Below are positions 58,587 to 64,000 of a stretch of DNA of 64,000 nt, in pieces. Both the position numbers and the translations under genes were made by a program. Every line of letters starts with the position of its first letter. Position 1 is the stretch's first letter. Under the pieces are notes generated by a model. That model did no database searches. It was not told the DNA's origin and saw only the letters and a list, made by a program, of their open reading frames with translations. Source of the stretch: a virus; IMG/VR virus record IMGVR_UViG_3300046007_009781, positions 3,400 to 67,399 of that record; one strand, written 5' to 3'.

Positions 58587-60608
58587 ATGGCAGATCCAAT
58601 TGATCCAGGTCGTCTCAGTGATGTGCAGAGAGAAATAGCTGCTTTACTGTCCGGTGGAGCTGCTCTTTTAAGGGAATCTGTTGATGAAGCCGTCAACAGT
58701 GTAAGACGTTTAGCTGGTAATTTTGCTGCTGGTCAGACAGCTACTGAAGCATTCAATAACACAATCAAAGATAGTTTAGGTCAATATGCTCTTTTGGCTT
58801 TCAGATTAAGTTCTGTTAACAGCAGTGTATATGGAACTTTTGAAGCATTTACTTCCGTTATACCTGCGATTGAAGCGACCAAATCTGCATTTGATAAAAT
58901 TTCAAAATTGAGCAGTGGTATATTAAACATATTACCACTGGGCCCACTTAAAGCTGCTACTACCAAATCACTAACATTATTTTCAGCTGGATTGGATTTT
59001 GCCATTGAAGCAACTAAATTTCAACTAGAAGCGGCTCAAAAAGTAGTTAATTCTTATTTAGAAATTACTAAAGCAGGTGCTAATTTTGGCGGCAGTATTA
59101 CAGATTTCGCAGCACTAGCACGGGAAACTAATACTCCTATGTTAATGCTGTCTAAAACTGTCAAAGCAAATATAGAAAATCTTACTGCATTGGGTGGAAG
59201 TATTCAAGGTGCTACTTTCTTGTTATACCCTAGTATGACTAAACTTTTTTATTCTACAGAAAAATTAGATACCCAAGTACTTGCTATGTACGGGAGTTTC
59301 GAAGATTTAGTAGAAGGGGTTACAGATTATTACAGCTTATTAGCTAAAACTGGAGTAGTAATTGATCAAAATTTGATAGACGAAAAACAAAAAACTGGAG
59401 CAGTTCAAGAATATCTTATTCGTCAAAAAGAATTAAGTTCTCTTACTGGCAAATCTTCCAAAGCTTTGGCTGAAGCAGAAGCTAAAAGACGTACAGAATT
59501 GGATTATTCTTTAAGATTAAGTAGATTAACTAACAAAGAAGCTGCAGATAATGCCAGAGCAGGTATAGAAATTATAACAAAAATATTTGGTCAAGAAGCA
59601 GGTGATGTTGCAAAAGAATTTTTTGCAACTGGCGGCGACGTTTATAGCGAAGCAGGAAGAAAATTCGCCGCAATGGCACCAGATGCATTCAGAAGTATTC
59701 AAGAAGTAATGGGTAAAATTGACACTGATAGAACAACATTTGAGTCGGGGGTGGGTGCATTTTTTAAAGCAAATGCTCCTGCATTTATTGCTAATGCGAA
59801 AGCAGGGGAGGAATTATATAGCCTTAATAGAGCAGCAAACAATGAATTGTTAAAAACTATGGGTTCAGTAAATGCCAGTATAGTTGCAAACAGTGGGACA
59901 TTAACTAGATTAGATGAGGCTTTTGCAAAAATTTCTCAAGCAAGGCAACAAGGCCAAGCTGATAAACCGGATGCAACAATTGGGGCAGAAAGCCAAGCTT
60001 TTGTCAATAGTTTGCGTGAAGGTATGCGACGCCAAAGCCAATTAGATACACAAGTCATGAAACATATGAGTGATTTAGATAAAATTACGTTGACTTTTTA
60101 TGAGTTACAAAATCAATTAATTAATTTTCAAGGTGAAATGTTTGGCAATATAAGAGAAATAATAGGTGGGATAAATATTGCAGCTGGTGATTTTGAAAAT
60201 TTTGCGCAAAGATTGGGTGAACATATTTCTCAAGTATTAAGTAGATATTCTAGATCCCCCGCAGCAGGCCCAGAAGGTTCTCCGCCCCCTGGATCCCAAC
60301 CTCCACCAACCTCACCACCTAACCCTGCACAACCACCTGAGCCCCCTAAACCCTCAGTAGGAACACCTGCTGCAGTTGCGGGTCAACCTGGATTTGCTGA
60401 GGGTGGTATTACAACAGGTCCTAGTTTAGCGGGAGAAGCAGGTCCTGAGGCAGTAATACCATTAGCCAAAGGTGATGTGCCTCTCAAAATAGATTGGACA
60501 CCTTTAGTTAATATAATGCATGATCAAGTAAGTATTTCGAATGAAATTAGAACTTTATTAGCTGATACAAAAAATATACAAGAAGATATATTAGAAGCTA
60601 CTTACTAA
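58587..60608 (+). CDS. Tape-measure-like tail protein
   Basis: Ala-rich helical body, Pro-rich linker, C-terminal FAEGGITTGPSLAGEAGPEAVIPL typical of tape-measure C-termini; next to the chaperone-like pair. Confidence 0.7.
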   Translation: MADPIDPGRLSDVQREIAALLSGGAALLRESVDEAVNSVRRLAGNFAAGQTATEAFNNTIKDSLGQYALLAFRLSSVNSSVYGTFEAFTSVIPAIEATKSAFDKISKLSSGILNILPLGPLKAATTKSLTLFSAGLDFAIEATKFQLEAAQKVVNSYLEITKAGANFGGSITDFAALARETNTPMLMLSKTVKANIENLTALGGSIQGATFLLYPSMTKLFYSTEKLDTQVLAMYGSFEDLVEGVTDYYSLLAKTGVVIDQNLIDEKQKTGAVQEYLIRQKELSSLTGKSSKALAEAEAKRRTELDYSLRLSRLTNKEAADNARAGIEIITKIFGQEAGDVAKEFFATGGDVYSEAGRKFAAMAPDAFRSIQEVMGKIDTDRTTFESGVGAFFKANAPAFIANAKAGEELYSLNRAANNELLKTMGSVNASIVANSGTLTRLDEAFAKISQARQQGQADKPDATIGAESQAFVNSLREGMRRQSQLDTQVMKHMSDLDKITLTFYELQNQLINFQGEMFGNIREIIGGINIAAGDFENFAQRLGEHISQVLSRYSRSPAAGPEGSPPPGSQPPPTSPPNPAQPPEPPKPSVGTPAAVAGQPGFAEGGITTGPSLAGEAGPEAVIPLAKGDVPLKIDWTPLVNIMHDQVSISNEIRTLLADTKNIQEDILEATY

Positions 60609-60643
60609 ATTCAAGGTAAATATATTACTGGAGAAATAGCCTT

Positions 60644-62362
60644 ATGGCGTGGAAAAAATATTTCAAGATTGCTAATGTCGCAGGATCTGTTAGCCCCATT
60701 AACGGTGGAACATCTGCTCAAAATTTTACCTATCGTAATTATCAAAGTAATTTACCTGAGGTTTATATTGGTCATCCAAATCGTATTGAACGTTACAATC
60801 AATACGAACAAATGGACATGGACAGTGAAGTGAATGCGGCATTAGATATTTTAGCAGAATTCAGTACTCAGTTAAATGAAGAAAACGGTACACCGTTTAG
60901 ATTTCATTGGCGAGAAAAACCCACTGATAATGAAGTAAACATTATTAGAGAACAGTTAAATCAATGGACTAAACTTAACGAATTAAACTCCAGAACATTC
61001 AAAATATTCAGAAATACGATAAAGTACGGTGATCAAGTATTCTTACGTGATCCTGAAACTTTTAAACTGTTTTGGATAGAAATGAGTAAAGTTACAAAAA
61101 TTATTGTTAACGAAGCGGAAGGAAAAAAACCTGAACAATATGTTGTGAAAGACATTGCTCCGAATTTTGAAAATTTAACAGCTACACAGGTCAATACTAG
61201 CGATATCAGTGTAAACCATCCGCAAGTTGGTGGCCCTAATGGTGCCTATATTCAACCAAAAACTCCTTATAGTGGAGGAAGTAGATTTAGTCATGCACAA
61301 AATGAAAGCACTATTAATGCAGAACATGTGGTGCATTTAAGTTTAACTGAAGGATTAGATTTTAGCTGGCCGTTTGGTAATAGTGTTCTAGAAAACGTAT
61401 TTAAAGTATTCAAACAAAAAGAATTACTAGAAGATGCTATTATCATTTACCGTGTACAACGTGCTCCTGAAAGGCGAATTTTCTATATTGATGTTGGTAA
61501 TATGCCCAGTCACATGGCCATGGCTTTTGTTGAACGGGTCAAAAACGAAGTTCATCAACGTCGTATTCCTACACAAACTGGTGGTGGACAAAACATGATG
61601 GATGCTACTTATAATCCATTAAGCACCAATGAGGATTATTTCTTTCCCCAAACAGCAGATGGTCGCGGCAGCAAAGTAGATACTCTAGCAGGCGGACAAA
61701 ACTTAGGTGAGATAACAGATTTACATTATTTTACAAACAAACTTTTTAGAGGATTAAGAATTCCGGCCAGTTACTTGCCAACAGGTATGGACGATGGAAC
61801 CAGTAATCCAAACACATTTGCAGATGGTCGTGTTGGAACAGCTTTAATCCAAGAATGGCGATTCAATCAATATTGTATGCGGTTACAACGCAATATTAGT
61901 GAAAAATTAGATGCAGAGTTCAAATTATTCATGCGCTGGAGAGGTATCAATATTGATAATAATTTGTTTGAATTACAATTTAATGAGCCCCAAAACTTTG
62001 CCAGCTATAGGCAAGCGGAAGTTGATCAAGCTAGAATCACAAGTTTTACACAGTTAGAACAGTATCCTTATCTAAGCAAACGTTTCTTATTGACACGGTA
62101 TTTAGGACTTACTGAAGAGGAAATGACCGACAATGAACGCATGTGGGCCGAGGAACAAGGCGATGTTGATAAAGCACCACCCGACGAAGCAGGATTGCGC
62201 AGTGTAGGTATTAGTCCAGGCAGTTTAGAAAATGAATTGCAAGGAGCAGAAATTCCACCACAAGCAGAACCAGGTGCAGAAGCCCAGGGTGCAGTACCAG
62301 GCGGGGAGATAGGTGGACCTGCAGCAGGTACACCGTTGCCTGCTAGTGCTCCGATACAGTAA
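60644..62362 (+). CDS. gp20: Portal vertex protein, gp20-like
   Basis: DSEVNAALD, LLEDAIIIYRVQRAPERRIFYIDVGNMP, EDYFFP, TLAGGQNLGEITD; GGAG RBS and GGTAAATA box upstream. Confidence 0.95.
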   Translation: MAWKKYFKIANVAGSVSPINGGTSAQNFTYRNYQSNLPEVYIGHPNRIERYNQYEQMDMDSEVNAALDILAEFSTQLNEENGTPFRFHWREKPTDNEVNIIREQLNQWTKLNELNSRTFKIFRNTIKYGDQVFLRDPETFKLFWIEMSKVTKIIVNEAEGKKPEQYVVKDIAPNFENLTATQVNTSDISVNHPQVGGPNGAYIQPKTPYSGGSRFSHAQNESTINAEHVVHLSLTEGLDFSWPFGNSVLENVFKVFKQKELLEDAIIIYRVQRAPERRIFYIDVGNMPSHMAMAFVERVKNEVHQRRIPTQTGGGQNMMDATYNPLSTNEDYFFPQTADGRGSKVDTLAGGQNLGEITDLHYFTNKLFRGLRIPASYLPTGMDDGTSNPNTFADGRVGTALIQEWRFNQYCMRLQRNISEKLDAEFKLFMRWRGINIDNNLFELQFNEPQNFASYRQAEVDQARITSFTQLEQYPYLSKRFLLTRYLGLTEEEMTDNERMWAEEQGDVDKAPPDEAGLRSVGISPGSLENELQGAEIPPQAEPGAEAQGAVPGGEIGGPAAGTPLPASAPIQ

Positions 62363-62366
62363 AAGA

Positions 62367-62374
62367 TATAAATA
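62367..62374 (+). promoter_or_regulatory. T4-type late promoter TATAAATA
   Basis: Exact consensus, 5 nt upstream of ATG 62380. Confidence 0.7.
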
Positions 62375-62379
62375 ACTTT

Positions 62380-62607
62380 ATGATTGTTAATGAATTATTC
62401 AGTCCTACACCTGCTGCTTTCAGATCCGAGAAGCAGGACAACACATCAATGACATTGAAAAAAACAAGAACAACTAGTTTAACTTTGTCACAATTGAATA
62501 GATTACGTATTATGAATGATGCTAGAAAGTTAGAGCATGAAAAGAAATTAGAAACGGTATCAACACAATATAAACCTCCAGCAGCACCTGCAGGTCCTGG
62601 TTTATAA
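62380..62607 (+). CDS. Small head-assembly-region protein
   Basis: 75 aa between the portal and core genes, with its own late promoter. Confidence 0.75.
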   Translation: MIVNELFSPTPAAFRSEKQDNTSMTLKKTRTTSLTLSQLNRLRIMNDARKLEHEKKLETVSTQYKPPAAPAGPGL

Positions 62608-62629
62608 TAAAATTTATTAAAAATCGTTC

Positions 62630-62660
62630 AAAAAATGCCCTTAAACAGGGCATTTTTTTT
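62630..62660 (+). terminator. Intrinsic terminator, possibly bidirectional
   Basis: A-tract, stem ATGCCCT, loop TAAAC, stem AGGGCAT, T-tract; followed by a TTTAAATA late box at 62667-62674. Confidence 0.8.
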
Positions 62661-62716
62661 ATACTGTTTAAATAACTATACAGAATTCATAAACATATTT
62701 TTTAAAGGAAACAAAT

Positions 62717-63745
62717 ATGTCAAAATACGAACAATTAATTGAGTTCATTATTAATGAACAAGAAGACAAAGCACGTGAACTTTTTCACCAGATCGTGGTT
62801 GAAAAAAGTCGTGAAATTTATGAGTCCATTATCGACGAAGAAGACCTAGAGGAAATCGGTGGCAATCCAGTCGAAGATATGATGGACGAAGTCACTGCCG
62901 ACGAAACAGGCATGGCAGAAGCTGAAGATGATGACATGGAAATGGACATGGACATGGAAGTCGACGCCGATGAGGAAGGCGATATGGACATGGAAGTCGA
63001 CGCCGATGAGGAAGGCGATATGGACATGGACATGGACATGGGTGATGAAGAATCTCCAGAAATGGCATTGTCAGATGCACGTCAAGAAGTTGACGCAATT
63101 TTCGATCGTTTAATGGCACAATTAAGTGGTGAAGAAGGCGATGACATGGACATGGACATGGACATGGACATGGATTCAGAAGAAGAAGTTGATGAAAATC
63201 TATATGTTGTACCTGTTGCTCCTGGAATGCGCGGCACAGGTGACAGACCAGGTGAAGGCGTCGAAGAATCAATGTACGAAGCTAAAAAAGCTAAAAAAGA
63301 AGAAATGCTTAAAGCCAAAGGTGAAAGTGGCAAGCGTAAGATGACAGAATCTGAATGGCTACGTGAATACGTTGATCAGATCGGCGAAATTTATAGCCAA
63401 GAGCCTGCTCAGGAAGAGGGACACGAAGTTGGTCACGGCAAAAAAGTAAAAGTGGATAAAGACAGTACCGCAGTTGGTCCAGGCGTCGACATGGGCGGCA
63501 AAGTAGTTAAAACCAAAGGCGGAGAACAGAATCCCGACGGTAAGCAAACTCCAGAACCAAACAATGAATACACCAAAGGCAAAGGAAACCTTCCACATGC
63601 TGGCAAATTTCAAAATGTGCCAGGCGCCAAAACAAAGCCACAAAATTCTGGAAAACCAGAATATAGTAAAGCTCACGGTGCAGAAGGACAAACAACCGGC
63701 GGTAAAGTTCCTGTAACTGCAAAAAGTCCTTTAGCTAAGGCTTAA
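62717..63745 (+). CDS. Acidic prohead core/scaffold-like protein
   Basis: Very D/E/M-rich, AAGGA RBS, sits between gp20 and gp21 where T4 has gp67/gp68. Confidence 0.7.
   Translation: MSKYEQLIEFIINEQEDKARELFHQIVVEKSREIYESIIDEEDLEEIGGNPVEDMMDEVTADETGMAEAEDDDMEMDMDMEVDADEEGDMDMEVDADEEGDMDMDMDMGDEESPEMALSDARQEVDAIFDRLMAQLSGEEGDDMDMDMDMDMDSEEEVDENLYVVPVAPGMRGTGDRPGEGVEESMYEAKKAKKEEMLKAKGESGKRKMTESEWLREYVDQIGEIYSQEPAQEEGHEVGHGKKVKVDKDSTAVGPGVDMGGKVVKTKGGEQNPDGKQTPEPNNEYTKGKGNLPHAGKFQNVPGAKTKPQNSGKPEYSKAHGAEGQTTGGKVPVTAKSPLAKA
62948..63172 (+). repeat. Perfect 36-nt tandem duplication (62948-62983 / 62984-63019) and GACATG hexamer runs encoding DM repeats
   Basis: ATGGACATGGAAGTCGACGCCGATGAGGAAGGCGAT x2; (GACATG)5 at 63143-63172. 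Confidence 0.9.
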
Positions 63746-63749
63746 TTCA

Positions 63750-64000
63750 ATGAATCTATTAAGAGAACATTTGACCTTTGACAATGCTAGGATGGAACTT
63801 CTAGCAGAGGATTCAGCTGACGGCAAAGGCAAAAATCTCTATATGAAGGGTATATTCGTTCAAGGTGGAGTAAAAAATGCCAATCAACGAGTATATCCTG
63901 TAGATGAAATTGCCACCGCAGTTGAAAGTATAAACAAACAACTTAAAGAGGGATATAGTGTTTTGGGTGAATTAGATCATCCGGATGACCTGAAGATCAA
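63750..64000 (+). CDS. gp21: Prohead protease gp21-like, 3'-truncated by the window edge
   Basis: MNLLREHL..LYMKGIFVQGGVKNANQRVYP..LGELDHP. Confidence 0.92.
   Translation, partial: MNLLREHLTFDNARMELLAEDSADGKGKNLYMKGIFVQGGVKNANQRVYPVDEIATAVESINKQLKEGYSVLGELDHPDDLKI

Noticed and set aside
62948-63172. CRISPR-like array
   Set aside because: The repeats are directly tandem with no unique spacers and lie in frame within a coding gene.
62818-63722. Several overlapping alternative-frame ORFs (MSMSMS, TWTWTW, CPCPCP)
   Set aside because: They are by-products of the stop-free GACATG repeats in the acidic core gene.
1-64000. Stop-codon reassignment as seen in some large phages
   Set aside because: Standard-code ORFs tile the window densely and conserved genes are full length.

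Overview
AT-rich 64 kb segment of a large T4-like (myovirus) phage genome, read in the standard code. I recognised no tRNA, rRNA, CRISPR array or IS element. Layout: (1) + strand nucleotide and sugar genes (DHFR, ThyA, NDP-sugar epimerase, DegT aminotransferase). (2) A ~46 kb minus-strand block running from baseplate/tail genes (gp48/54-like, gp53, hub, gp5, gp25, gp6, a 4534-aa wedge protein, fibres) directly into a ~18.5 kb enzyme cluster with four glycosyltransferase-like proteins, six tandem N-terminal-twitch radical SAM enzymes, an SGNH-like protein, a NodU/CmcH carbamoyltransferase with an unannotated 33-aa partner ORF, an APS-kinase/nucleotidyltransferase fusion, sulfotransferase-like proteins and dCMP deaminase. 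(3) gp55 late sigma, gp47/gp46, a radical SAM-SDR fusion and a minimal GIY-YIG protein followed by a ~420-nt highly structured non-coding region. (4) A gp26/gp51-like pair joined by a -1 slippery site, a tape-measure-like gene, portal gp20, core proteins and the start of gp21. The best leads are the tail-linked glycan-tailoring/radical SAM cluster, the GIY-YIG plus structured RNA module, the lambda G/GT-like frameshift and a probable ATT start for gp55. All protein calls come from motif recognition by eye; no searches were run.
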